Source: Octopus sinensis (taxonomy: Eukaryota). Taken from it: a stretch of 64,000 bases of DNA. The stretch is taken from assembly GCF_006345805.1 (NCBI RefSeq), contig NC_043017.1, positions 7,440,001 through 7,504,000 of the forward strand, given 5' to 3'. Shown here piece by piece: positions 1 through 12,679 of the stretch. The position numbers and the translations under genes are program-made. Position 1 is the first letter of the stretch. The number at the start of each line of letters is the position of its first letter. Under the pieces are notes generated by a model. It was not told the DNA's origin, did no database searches, and saw only the letters and a list, made by a program, of their open reading frames with translations.

Positions 1-103
1 ACATGGAGAGTTCTGGAAAAAGAACAAAGGAAACTAAAAACAAAGCAAAGAAGAAATTTATTATGATACACACCCTCACACATTTATACACACTACATAT
101 GTA

Positions 104-151
<48 letters not shown>

Positions 152-207
152 TACATATGTACAAATACACATACATACATGGTCCCAAAGTTATATATGT
201 ATATATA

Positions 208-560
208 GGTGCAGGAGTGGCTGTGTGGTAAGTAACTTGCATACCAACCACTTGGTTCAGTCCCACTGCTTGGCACCTTGAGCAAGTGTCTTCTACTATA
301 GCTTCAGGCTGACCAAAGCCGTGTGAGTGGATTTGGTAGATGGAAACTGAAAGAAGCCCTTCCATATGTTTGTGTGTGTGTGTGTCCCACCCTACCAATG
401 CTTGACAACCGATGTTGGTGTGTTTACATCCCCTAACTTAGTGGTTCAGCAAAAGAGACTGATAGAATAAGTACTAAGCTTCCAAAGAATAAGTCCTGGG
501 GTTGATTTCTTCGACTAAAGGCGGTGCTCTAGCATGGCCACATGAAACATATAAAAGAAT
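208..560 (+). mobile_element. tRNA-derived SINE, family A (internal microsatellite)
   Basis: A-box TGGCTGTGTGG, B-box-like GGTTCAGTCCC, CORE-like CCTTGAGCAAGT, internal (TG)n, 3' GGTGCTCTAGCATGGCC; about 20 homologous copies or fragments in the window. Confidence 0.85.
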
Positions 561-591
561 ATATAAATATAATATATATTTAAGATATGTA

Positions 592-632
<41 letters not shown>

Positions 633-1660
633 TACACACACATATATTTGTTATAACAATACTGCAGTTTGTTTAGTCAGTGAGATATTGCTGATATTAA
701 GTATATTGATTTTTGTCTATATTTAGATACCTCTTTCATTTCTTTTAGAGGTATGTTGTTGTTGTTAGCCTGCATTGGTGTATTGTTATCAAGAGATTGA
801 ATGATTTATTTAAAAAAAAAACTTGGTTCTTTTTTCATATTGTTATGTCTTTTTATATATGTTTTTGTTGAAAAGTATTTGATAACAATGTCTGATCTTT
901 TGTTTATCATTTCTGCTATTCTAGAAATTACTGAGTGCCTGAGTAAATTCCTTTAAGGCATTTTGCTACATTCTTTGCACACATGGCTATGTGCTTAAGA
1001 AATTTCCTTAATTTGTATGTGATTTAGAAGAGGCGTTAGTGCAGGAAGAAAATTTGCTTAGAGGGGGTGCAAGCTCAAATCCAAAATTTTTTGCAATATT
1101 TATATCAAAGCAAACACAGCTATAATAATAATAATCATAATCATAATTATTATTATTATTATTATTATTGTCATATTTGTGCATTAATCAAATCAGATAA
1201 ATCCTGTAATGAAAAAATAATGTTTTGAATCAGTCCACATATACTTAATGCATATACTTACATGTATTTGCTGATCAGCTGCTGTTGGCATGGTAGGGAA
1301 TACTCTCAAAGTGCTGCATATTAAAACCTCTTAGAGTCATCGACAGGCAAGATAACTCACCCTTAATCCCATCTAGGAGTGACAGACGTTGATGTTTAAC
1401 CATTTTTGTGGCTTGTCAACATCACATACCCAACTGGGATCAGAGACACCTGTCCATGACTCTCGGGTGTTCTAAATCCCAGTGCTTTGAATAAGTATTC
1501 TCCAGCTCACCTATAGCAGCTGACTGGAAAATCCACGAAGCTTATATAGGCTAAGTGTATATGGTTGATGATCCTTATTACTCTAGTGTTGCTTCTGTTT
1601 CATATTTGAATTTATCTTTATAGTTATTGTTGATTTCACTTCTCTGTTTTTTGTTCTTTG

Positions 1661-1725
1661 TTACCTCTGCCTTAGCGAAAGTGGAGGTATTGTTTCAGTT
1701 GCATTTGTTTGTGTGTTTGTCCATC
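1661..1725 (+). mobile_element. possible Helitron/HINE-like terminal fragment
   Basis: TACCTCTGC..GTGGAGGTA 9-bp hairpin followed by a GTTT-type tract; resembles recalled TTACCTCCGCC..GGAGGT termini (inference). Confidence 0.3.
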
Positions 1726-2228
1726 TAGTTTCAGCTCACGAGCTGCGGCCATGCTGGGGCACCGCCATTAAATAATAATAATAGTAGTAATGATGGTGAT
1801 GATGCTAATTGATAATCTTCTATTTGTTGTAGTGATGAATCCATGGATGTTTAGAAAATGCCTAGAACAACCAGATGACATTGCTTTTACAGTAGATACA
1901 GGTCAGTCACTTTTCTCTTGCTTTTTTTTCTTTTGTATTTCCTTTCCATGTCATATTTATTTCTCCTTACAGAGAGTGATTATTTGATCACCATCACTTT
2001 CATTTTTTACCTTCGTCATTACTGCTCTCCATCTCCTCCTCTTCGTTCACTTCATCTCCATCAGTACCACCGCCACCATCATCATCACCGCAACCATCAC
2101 CATATCAACATCATCACCACCACCACCACCATCATTGTCATCTTCATTATCATCACTGTCATTTATACATTATATATATATATATATATATATAAAGACC
2201 CCTTCGGTCATGAATGACCATGGGATTA

Positions 2229-2484
2229 AATAAGCACACCAACACCAGTTGTCAAGCAGTGATGAGTGGGAACAAACACACACACACACACGCACACAAA
2301 CACACACACACCCATATATATACGATGGGCTTCTTTCAGTTTCCATCTACTAAATCCACTTACAAAGCTTTGGTCAGTCCAAGACTATAGTAGAAGACTG
2401 TTGCCCAAGGTGCCATGCAGTGGTACTGAACCCAGAACCATGTGGTTGGAAAGAAAGCTTCTTACCACATAGTCATGCCTGCGC
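2229..2484 (-). mobile_element. SINE family A, partial
   Basis: Homology to 6890-7296. Confidence 0.8.
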
Positions 2485-2967
2485 CTATTGTGTACATGTC
2501 TGTTATGTGGACGTGTGTGTTTATATATGTGCATGTGTATAACAGGAACAGATGGTAGATATATTTCAAAATCAATGTATATGAAAATATAAAAAAAGAG
2601 AATTAGTTATGGTTTATTTTTAAAATGTTAAGTTTATTTGAAGGACTCATCTTGTGACCCATGTCAACTTTATTGATGTGAGTTCTTCAGCTGACCTCCC
2701 TCCTCCTCCTCCATTGCTCCTTCTCCTCCTGATTTCCTCTTCATTGCTCCTTCCTCCTCATCTCCTTGTCTTTGCCTCCTCCTCCTCACCTCATCATCAT
2801 CATCACCACCATCATCATTTTTACATCAACTTTCCACGCTTGTATGGGTCAGACAGAGTTTGTTGTGGGAGATTTAGGTACAGACGTATGCCCTTCTTGT
2901 CATCAACCCTTGCACATAATGTTCTCCCATTGTTTGTACATGTTTTTTACAGTCAAGACAAGAACAC

Positions 2968-3003
<36 letters not shown>

Positions 3004-3050
3004 CTATATATATATATATATATTATATATATATATTATATATATATAAA

Positions 3051-3375
3051 GGGTAAAGAATGACCATGAGATTGCACCTAGAAAGTTACCTTCCTAGACA
3101 CAAGTCCGGGCAAGGTTGTTTATGGAAGACCAGCAGTCGCCCATGCATACCAGCCTCCCCTCTCCACGCCACCAATGTTATCCAAGGGAAAGACAAAGGT
3201 CGATACAGCTTGGCACCTGTGACGTCGCAACTCATTTCTACAGCTGAGTGAACTGGAGCAACGTGAAATAAGGTGCTTTGCTCAAGAACACAACACGCAG
3301 TCCGGTCTGGAATTCGAGCTCACAACCTCACGATCGTAAGCTCGACGCTCTAACCACTGAGCCATGCGCCTTCAC
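3051..3375 (-). mobile_element. tRNA-derived SINE, family C1
   Basis: Minus-strand head GGCGCATGGCTCAGTGGTTAGAGCG, B-box-like GAGCTCGAATTCC, GTTCTTGAGCAA core; flanked by (TA)n; homologs at 4754, 33849 and 45898. Confidence 0.85.
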
Positions 3376-3434
<59 letters not shown>

Positions 3435-3928
3435 TGAACTCCAGTCTTCTTTCTGTATTATTGACCAAATTCACACACTCACAAAGCTTTAGTTGGCCCA
3501 AGGTTCTTGTAGAAAAACCCTTGCCCAAGATGTCCTACAGTGGGACTGAACCTGAAACCATGAGCTTGGGAAGTGAACTTCTTAACCACACAGCCATGCT
3601 GGTGTGTAGCTGAAGTTATTGTTGACAATGACTTTCTGACATATGTTGTTGTTGTTGCAGCTGTTGAATAATTATAAAGCAATTTTATGAACAGATGGTG
3701 TTTACGTTCCCAAATCAATATTAAAAAAAAAATCGAATTGGGTTTATTAAAAAATATAGAACTTAGTAAATAATTAATGATTAATTAATATTTATTTTGG
3801 CTCTTGGCATCTTTAGCTACATTTATTTTGCATTCTCAGTTCAAATCCTGCCCGAAAGTTTACTTAGCATTTTATCCACCTGGGCAAACTAGCAAATTGT
3901 AGCGTGAAGGATCACTGGCGAACTCACC

Positions 3929-3992
3929 TGGGGCACTGCTTTGATGGGGTACTGCTTTGATGGGGCTCTGCCTTGATCGGGCTCTGCCTTGA
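3929..3992. repeat. 16-bp minisatellite x4 at a SINE-A tail
   Basis: TGGGGCACTGCTTTGA-type units at 3929, 3945, 3961 and 3977. Confidence 0.8.
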
Positions 3993-4302
3993 AGGGTCTT
4001 AGTTGAATGAGCCACCTCCAGTACTTATTTTAATTTTAAGCCTGCTGCCTATTCTCTCTGCGTCTTTTGCTGAACCACTAAGTTACAGGGATGTAAACAA
4101 ACTAACACTGGTTGTGAAATGGTGGTGGGACACACACAGACACACATGGCAAGCTTCTTTCAGTTTCTGTCTACCAAATCTATTCACAAGTGTTTGGTCA
4201 GCCTGGGGCTACAGCAGAAGGCATTCGCCCAAAAGGTATCATTCCATGGAACTGAACCTAAAACCACATGGTTAGGAAGCAAGCTTCTTACCACACAGCC
4301 AT
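3993..4302 (-). mobile_element. SINE family A, diverged
   Basis: Homology to family A. Confidence 0.75.
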
Positions 4303-4753
4303 CTAAATAATAAATAAATAAATTTCTTTGGAAATTTTTAAAGATGGAGGAACTTGAAATTTTAAAAATATTCTTAACTGATTTTTTTGTATAATATGAA
4401 CTTTATCAGCCAATGGATATGTCTGGAACACTTGAATATTTTGGTAGTTTATCATTAATTCTTGTTTTCATTCCACTGATAACATTGTTTATTTAAACCT
4501 ACAACATCTGAGAACCAGAGAGAGAGAGAGAGAGAGAGAGAGACATTCACACATGCACACACACACACACACACTCTCAGAAGGGCCACATTTTCTCTGT
4601 GAATCGTTACAGGTTTGCAGTGAGTACTCTTCTGTATTTGTGTATACATACACGCACATAAAAAGTAGTTGTATAGTGAAATTTCAAGGGCACAACACAT
4701 ATTTTCTGTTTTGAAACATAGTACAGCCATGTTTTCCCATCGATTTGTGTAAA

Positions 4754-5112
4754 GAGTAAAAAACTCCTTTGGTCACAAATGACCATGGGATTGCTCCTAC
4801 ACCTAGAAACCTACCCTCCAAGGCACATGTATGGGCAAGGTTGTTTATGGACGACCAGTAGTTGCCCACGCATACCTAACTTCCCCTTGTCACGCCACCG
4901 ATGTTGTCCAAGGAAAAGGCAAAGACCGGCATAGCTTGGCACCAGTGACATTGTCGCAACTCATTTCTATTTCCATGGTTGAATAAACTGGAACAACATG
5001 AAAAAAAGTGTCTTGCTCAAGAGCACAACACACACAGCCTGGTCCAGGCATCAAACTCACAACCTCATCAGTGTAAGCCTGATGCTCTAACCACTGAGCC
5101 ATGTGCCTTCAC
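4754..5112 (-). mobile_element. SINE family C1
   Basis: Homology to 3051-3375 over full length. Confidence 0.85.
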
Positions 5113-5369
5113 ATACAGATTGTAAACATCAAAAAATTTTTTTATTGTATATTTTATATAATATTAGCGTCCATCTTAAGTAGAAAAAAAATGCCTTTAT
5201 TGTTGTTGTTAGTTTCTCTCTCTCTCTCCCTCCCTCTCTCTCTCTCTCTCCCTCTCTCTCTCTCTCTCCTCTTTCTTATTTCATATAATACAGGTATTTT
5301 ATCTAAACATATTTGCTTTTCAACACAATTGGTTCTATGTTAGACAGATAACATAAAACGTTTGAGATG

Positions 5370-5379
5370 GTGTTGTGTC

Positions 5380-5418
<39 letters not shown>

Positions 5419-5752
5419 CTATACTCCTGAGTGTGTAAGTGCTTGCATAGCTGTCTGTCTATGTGTGTGTCTGAATTTGTATTGGTATGCATATGTTTGT
5501 TTGTGTGTGTAGTTGTATTCGTGTGTTTGTGCGTCTGTATTTGTATTTTGTTTGAATTAGTTTGTGTGTCTATGTGTACGTGTTTTGTGCCTTTATATAT
5601 ATATGTGTGTGTGTGTGTGTGTCTGAGTTTATACTGGTGTGTGTGTGTGTGTGTGCTTGTATAAGTGTTTGTGCATTTTTGTGTTGGTGTATGTCTGTAT
5701 TTGGGTCTTACTTGAATCTGTGCATGTGTGTATGTGATTGTCTATGTGTGTG

Positions 5753-5797
<45 letters not shown>

Positions 5798-6055
5798 CCT
5801 GTACTTCTGGAGGGTAGGCATGCTTCTAATCTGTGTCTGTCGGCCTGAGTCTGTATTGGTGTGTTTATATGGGTGAATGTGTATTGTGATAGACTTTGTG
5901 TGTGTGTGTGTGTGTGTGTATCTATTGTGGTTTATATGTATATGCCCCTGTCTGATTTTGTATTGGTGTATTTGTGTGTGTGTGCATTTGGATTTGTGTG
6001 TGTGTGTGTCTATTTGTATTATGTCTGAATTTTTGTGTGTGTATTGTGTTTGTGG
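5370..6055. repeat. degenerate (TG)n-rich low-complexity tract
   Basis: Direct inspection. Confidence 0.85.
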
Positions 6056-6167
6056 GTCTCTTTTGTATTAATTGATATACAAAAATCTTGACTTTGTCAA
6101 GAAAAAAAGGAAGACGTGAAATTGAATACAAAGAAATTTCGAGTTAGTTTACATAAAGATTATTATT

Positions 6168-6590
6168 AAGTGATTGATGTGACTAATGGACCATTGAGGT
6201 TGTAAATGTTTGATTGGTCATTGAGATAGTGAATGGCTGGACCACTGAAGTGGCAATGGACTGCTAACAGGTCGTTGATGTAATGACCAATATGGCTGAC
6301 TGCTTGTTTAAGCAGTGATTGATATGACTAATGGATGATGGGTCATTGAGCCAGTGAGTGGCCAGACCACTGAAGTGGCAATGGACTGCTAACAGGTCCT
6401 TGTGGTAATGACTGATAAGGCTAATGGGTCATTTAGGCAGTGATTGATGTTATTAATGGTTCAATTAGGTGATTGATGAACTGTTGCTTTTGTGACTATG
6501 TCATTGAGGTAATGAGTAACTGGGTCACTAAGGTAGTTTAAAGACTGATAGGGGTCATTGAACTTGTGATTGATGTGACTAGTGACTAAA
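6168..6590. repeat. degenerate tandem repeat, about 125-bp period
   Basis: ACCACTGAAGTGGCAATGGACTGCTAACAGGTC at 6241 and 6366; recurring GTGATTGAT. Confidence 0.7.
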
Positions 6591-6889
6591 TGTTTGTATT
6601 CACACAAATACATATATAATCTTGACCTACCTTTTATACATACATAGATACACACATGCATGTGCACACACACACACATGCACATTCATACACTAACACA
6701 CACATCCATATAAAAAGTGATGATATATAAAGCATAAAAAAATAGAGAGAGAGAGTAATTAAGAACCTAATTAATAATAGGTTGTTAAAATCCAATGTGT
6801 TATAACTTTGTAGTATTCTGTAGTTATAGTATTAATTATGCTAATTTCTAATGAAACAGCTGTCGAAAGTAGTTAAATTATGAAAAATA

Positions 6890-7296
6890 GGCGCAGGAGT
6901 GGCTGTGTGGTAAGTAGCTTGTTTACCAACCACATGGTTCCGGGTTCAGTCCCACTGCGTAGCACCTTGGGCAGGTGTCTTCTGCTATAGCCTCGGGCCG
7001 ACCAAAGCCTTGTGAGTGGATTTGGTAGATGGAAACTGAAAGAAGCCTGTCGTATATATGTATATATATATGTATATGTGTGTGTGCGTGTATGTTTGTG
7101 TTTGTCCCCCTAGCATTGCTTGACAACTGATGCTGGTGTGTTTACGTCCCCGTCACTTAGCGGTTCGGCAAAAGAGACCGATAGAATAAGTACTGGGCTT
7201 ACAAAGAATAAGTCCCGGGGTCAATTTGCTCGACTAAAGGTGGTGCTCCAGCATGGCCGCAGTCAAATGACTGAAACAAGTAAAAGAGTAAAAGAG
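6890..7296 (+). mobile_element. SINE family A, full length, flanked by a 130-bp direct repeat
   Basis: Complete head and (GTAAAAGA)n tail; 6760-6889 is repeated at 7297-7638 (interrupted by a SINE B). Confidence 0.92.
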
Positions 7297-7360
7297 TAAG
7301 AACCTAATTAATAATAGGTCGTTAAAATCCAATGTGTTATAACTTTGTAGTATTATGTAG

Positions 7361-7560
7361 CTGGCAGAATTGTTAGCACGCTGGGCGAAATGCGTAGCCG
7401 TATTTCATCTGCCGTTCGAGGTCGACTTTGCCTTTCATCCTTTCGGGGTCGATAAATTAAGTACCAGTTACGCATTGGGGTCGATATAATCGACTTAATC
7501 CGTTTGTCTGTCCTTGTTTGTCTCCTCTGTGTTTAGCCCCTTGAGGGTAGTAAAGAAATA
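7361..7560 (+). mobile_element. tRNA-derived SINE, family B1
   Basis: GTCGACTTTGCCTTTCATCCTTTCGGGGTCGATAAA core; TSD AGTATTATGTAG at 7349-7360 and 7561-7572. Confidence 0.9.
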
Positions 7561-7790
7561 AGTATTATGTAGTTATAGTATTAATTATGCTAATTTCTAA
7601 TGAACCAGCTGTTGAAAATAGTTAAATTATGAAAAATATGTGAAATTTATGCTTTTCAGCTCTTCATTCTACATACATACATAAATATATTCATACATAC
7701 TGTGATTTTGCTTGGTTTGATGGGTCTTCTTCTCAAGCACAGGTGCTATGATTGCTCAGCCTGAATTACTCGGTCATACATAATGCTTGT

Positions 7791-7989
7791 CTCTTTTACT
7801 CTCTCTTTTACTTGTTTCAGTCATTTGACTGCGGCCATGCTGGAGCACCGCCTTTAGTCTAGACTTATTATTTGTAAGCCCAGTACTTATTCTATCGGTC
7901 TCTTTTTGCCGAACCGCTAAGTGACGGGGACGTAAACACACCAGCATCGGTTGTCAAGCAATGCTAGGGGGACAAACACAGACACACAA

Positions 7990-8022
<33 letters not shown>

Positions 8023-8193
8023 CATATATACGACAGGCTTCTTTCAGTTTCCGTCTACCAAATCCACTCACAAGGCATTGGTCGGCCCGGGGCTATAGCA
8101 GAAGACATTTGCCCAAGATGCCACGCAGTGGGATTGAACCCGGAACCATGTGGTTGGTTAGCAAGCTACTTACCACACAGCCACTCCTGCGTC
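7791..8193 (-). mobile_element. SINE family A, near full length, inserted in a TTAA MITE
   Basis: Highly similar reverse copy of 6890-7296; its flanks join into MITE family P1. Confidence 0.9.
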
Positions 8194-8370
8194 TATTCGT
8201 ATTGTTCTGAATTTAATCATGCAATATTTCGTAGCTTCAAGATTTCAATGATGTGAATATTTATTTTCGAATGACGTTGTAGAGTAGGTGTGACAGTCCA
8301 GATCTGGCCATTTTGAACATAGAGCAGGTAGGCTATATGGGCTGGATTGATCTGTTTAAATGCCAAAGGG
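8194..8370. mobile_element. piggyBac-like MITE family P1 (right part)
   Basis: Ends ATGCCAAAGGG|TTAA; homologous to 26418, 50982, 58938 and 59896. Confidence 0.7.
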
Positions 8371-8545
8371 TTAACGAAGGTAGAAAGCACAAAGACATCG
8401 GATAATGTGGTCCTAGATAGGCTATGCCTGAAAAAGTATGGAACAACACAGTGGCTTTAATCATACTGAACAGAGCTAACTTTGGAGCTAAACAACAACA
8501 ATAAAAGTAAAGCTCTTTAGATGAGGTAGTCTTAGATGTAGGAGA

Positions 8546-8873
8546 AGTGAGGGCGCGTGGCTTAGTGGTTAGGGCATTCGGCTCATGATTGTAAGGTTGT
8601 GAGTTCGATTCCCGGCGACGCGTTGTGTCCTTGAGCAAGACACTTTATTTCACGTTGCTCCAGTCCACTCAGCTGGCAAAAATGAGCTGTACTTGTATTT
8701 CAAAGGGTCAGCCTTGTCACTCTCTGTGTCACGCTGATTATCCCCGAGAACTACGTTAAGGGTACACGTGTCTGTGGAATGCTCAGCCATTTGCACGTTA
8801 ATTTCACGAGCAAGCCGTTCCGTTGATCGTATCAGCTGGGACCCTCGTCGTCGTAACCGGCGGAGTCTAAAGA
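8546..8873 (+). mobile_element. tRNA-derived SINE, family C2
   Basis: A box TGGCTTAGTGG, B box GAGTTCGATTCC; TSD AGATGTAGGAGA at 8534-8545 and 8874-8885. Confidence 0.92.
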
Positions 8874-9059
8874 AGATGTAGGAGATATGATGAATAATAG
8901 ATGGGATGGTCACAGCTGGAACACCTTTCGTTTTAGGTCAGCAGTTCTCATACTGACAAATAACAGCTCCATTTCTGAATTTTTTTGCCTTTCCCCTCTC
9001 TTAATGAGAAAAACAAAACAGTGTTGTTTTCATCTGATTTATTTTCTTTCACCATGTCT

Positions 9060-9230
9060 TGCAGTGCTTCTTGGAGGTAGAATTCCTCTACAGAACTTCT
9101 CAATTGATGGGAGTTTGGTTCATCCTATCCCACAGACTTTTGTTTGAAATTTTGCCCGACCACCAGATTTTGAGGATGCAGTGCAGACATTTGTTGAGGA
9201 AAATCTGTAGCTTACTGTTTATGACTGACT
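9060..9230 (-). mobile_element. RTE-clade LINE ORF remnant (post-RT region)
   Basis: Minus strand translates to INSKLQIFLNKCLHCILKIWWSGKISNKSLWDRMNQTPIN*, matching the RTE KLQxFxNKCLRxILxIxWxxxISN motif. Confidence 0.75.
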
Positions 9231-9884
9231 ACAGGGAGTGACCTGGGATTAAATAACAACAGGTTTATGATCTCTTGTCTACTGTCCTCAATGACTTCAG
9301 GACGTTTGCTGTATCTGTTCATCTTTGCTCCATTGTCCCAGGCTAACTAAATCTCATAAAATTAATTAGATTTGTTATTATAAGTTTTATTAGTGAGAAG
9401 ATAGTTTTCCAAAATCACTTTTTTATCACCATATTCTCATACATTTCAGGGCTTTGTTCACAGAAATATGTAAACCACCCCACCATAACACATACGTATA
9501 CACTATGGGTGTGTTTTTATTGTTCTATTCAGCAAATATATGGGAAGTTGGCGTCGATGTTTATGTGTGTCTCATAAATGACAAAACTTAGCTTGTCATT
9601 ATTATAGAGCAAACAGAGAGAGATCATTTCATCTTTCCTCTTGTGGAGGCCAACAGGAAGAGCCTCTTTGAGAAAAAAATCTTTTTTTCCCTAGACATCA
9701 TTGTGTGTGACTCAGGAATTGCCATCAATGAACCAGAAGTGGCAATGAACGATTGAGAGTTGTAGAGGTCAATTGTATTGTGAATCCCGACCGGTTGGGA
9801 TTGGTTGTTTAATCACATGGGAAGAGGAGGCGGGGGAGGAGGAAGTATGTTATTGTCAATACTTTGCATTTTATGTTTTCTCTT

Positions 9885-10290
9885 TCACACGTTTCAGTCA
9901 TTAGACTATGGCCATACTGGGGCACCACCTTGGAAGATTTTATTGAATGACTCAACCTTAGGATTTGCTTTTCTTTTTTTTTTTTTTATTATTTTGTAAA
10001 ACCTCACACTTATTTAATTGGGCTCTTTTGCCACACTGCTGAGTTACGAGGACATAAATATACCAACACCAGTTGCCAGGTGGTGCTGGAACACACGCAC
10101 ACACACACACACACACACACGTGCATGCACAACAGGTTTCTTTCAGTTTCTGTCTACTGTATCCACTCACGAGGTCTTGGTCAGCCCAGGACTATAGTAA
10201 AAGACACTTGCCCCAGGTGCCATGCATTGGGACTGATCCTAAAGCCATGTAATTGCAAAACATGCTTCTCAACTACACATGCACATGTAT
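9885..10290 (-). mobile_element. SINE family A, diverged
   Basis: Homology to family A. Confidence 0.75.
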
Positions 10291-10760
10291 ATGCACACAC
10301 ACACACACACACACACATTTTTCCTTTGAATGCCTGTTGTTGTGTGAATATTTACTCTATGGAACCTACCACAATTGTCATTCTTCTTTTACAGGAAACC
10401 ACAAGACACCATCCTACCCCCCCTGCATCTGTCTAATCACATTTTTTTACTGTATTACTTGTCTCTTTCTCTCCCTCTCCCTCTTTCTAGCTACTTATTT
10501 ACTCTCTGTCCCTCTAATGATCCCTATCTCTCTTTCAAACACCCTCTCTCTTTCTATCATTCATACACTTTTTCCTTGCCTTGATCTTTCATACTCTCTA
10601 CGCATATCTCTAGCACACCCTCTCTCTCTTTCTCTCTCTCTCTCTATTTATCTCTATCTATCTATCCATCTCATGCAGCCAGAATTCTTTGATGTGTTCT
10701 CTCATCACTTGCTTAGGATGCACTTCACAAATATCTCCCTTCTTATGCTCACTCTTTCTG

Positions 10761-10761
<1 letters not shown>

Positions 10762-10843
<82 letters not shown>

Positions 10844-11134
10844 GCACACATACATACATATATACATACATATATACGTACATATATATGTATATATACA
10901 TACATATATATACACACACACACACACATGCATACATACACATATACATACACACATATCATTTCAAATAATTCTACAATCTGGTTGTTGATTTTCTCAA
11001 CAACTATTGGTATGTGTGTGTGTGTGTGTGTGTGTGTGCTCTGGGATAAGGTGTTAATTCTTGTGTGAAAAGATTGGCTTATTTCATTGTGGACACCACC
11101 ATTTTTTATTTACTCAAGCAATCCACCAAAGAAT

Positions 11135-11227
<93 letters not shown>

Positions 11228-11519
11228 GCACACATACATACATATATACATACATATATACGTACATATATATGTATATATACATACATATATATACACA
11301 CACACACACACACATGCATACATACACATATACATACACACATATCATTTCAAATAATTCTACAATCTGGTTGTTGATTTTCTCAACAACTATTGGTATG
11401 TGTGTGTGTGTGTGTGTGTGTGTGCTCTGGGATAAGGTGTTAATTCTTGTGTGAAAAGATTGGGCTTATTTCAATTGTGGACACCACCATTTTTTATTTA
11501 CTCAAGCAATCCACCAAAG

Positions 11520-11522
<3 letters not shown>
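10762..11522. repeat. near-perfect tandem duplication, 386-bp period
   Basis: CATATCATTTCAAATAATTCTACAATCTGG at 10955 and 11341; boundaries lie in (CT)n. Confidence 0.9.
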
Positions 11523-11562
<40 letters not shown>

Positions 11563-12090
11563 CACACTTTCTGAGCATATATCCCACCATATATCTTTAA
11601 CCTCTCTCTCTCTCTCTTTCTCTCTCTCCCATCTATCTTTCTCTATCTATATATGTGTCTTTCTTTCACACATTTTTTCTTTCTTTTCTCTCTCTCTCTC
11701 TGTCTTTTTCAATCATACACTTTTTTCTTACCTTGTTCTTCCATGCTCTCTACACACATCTCTAGTCACCTCCTCTCTTTCCTTCCTTCTCTCCCTCCCA
11801 CTCTCTTTCCCTCTCTCTCTATTTTTTCCTCTGTTTCCCTCTCCCCACCTCTCTATCTCTCCATCTCCGTCTCTCTCCCTCTCCATCTCTCCCCTCTCTT
11901 TCTCTCTCCTCTCTCCTCCTCTCCTTTCTTCCTCCTATCTCCCTCTCTTCATCTCCCTTTCTCCCTCCTATCTCCCTCTCCCCATCTCTCCCCTCTCTTT
12001 CTCTCTCCTCTCTCCTCCTCTCCTTTCTTCCTCCTATCTCCCTCCCTCCATCCTTCCCCCTTCTCTCTACCAACCCCTTTCTCTCTCTGT
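11523..12090. repeat. polypyrimidine low-complexity tract with an internal repeat of about 99-bp period
   Basis: CCATCTCTCCCCTCTCTTTCTCTCTCCTC at about 11883 and 11982. Confidence 0.8.
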
Positions 12091-12525
12091 CGTAAGTATA
12101 GCCAAAAGGAGTCCATCGTTTCTCTCAGCGCAATACTTCAAGATGCAAACTCCACTCTTGCAGTCCTTCAGCAGCCAAGATCTGAGAAGAAGTCATTAAC
12201 CTCACACACTTAACCACTCTACGTCCTCTCAATTTGTAGCCGTTGGCCTCTCATTCCACAACAAACACATGCAGAGACAACACATAACAAATACGTTGCA
12301 GATTACATGTCTGTGCATGCGTTTGAACATCTGCACTTTTATAGATCAATATGTAGGTGCAAGTGTGGCTGAATGGGTAAGGAGCTTGCTTCCCAACCGT
12401 ATGGCCTTATGTTCAATCCCACTGTGGGGCACCTTGGCTTAAGTATCTTCTATAATAGCCTCAGGTTGACCTGTACCTTCTGAGGGGATTTGGCAGACAG
12501 AAACTGTGTTGAAGCACGTCGTGTG

Positions 12526-12568
<43 letters not shown>

Positions 12569-12679
12569 TTTTTTTTTTCTGGAGATGAAATGAACAGATT
12601 TTTATATATATATATATAAAAATTTTCATCTGAGATGGAATGAACAGGGTTTACACACACACACACACACACACACACA

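Noticed and set aside
3300-3375. tRNA genes at SINE heads
   Set aside because: A and B boxes are present, but there is no full cloverleaf or acceptor stem and they run into SINE bodies.
6923-8256. Recurrent peptide LSVSVYQIHSQGFGRPEAIVEDTC in many ORFs
   Set aside because: Antisense translation of SINE A, not a gene family.
10253-12213. Longest ORFs (271, 250 and 186 aa)
   Set aside because: They are translations of (CT)n, (TA)n and (CA)n tracts with no domain-like sequence.
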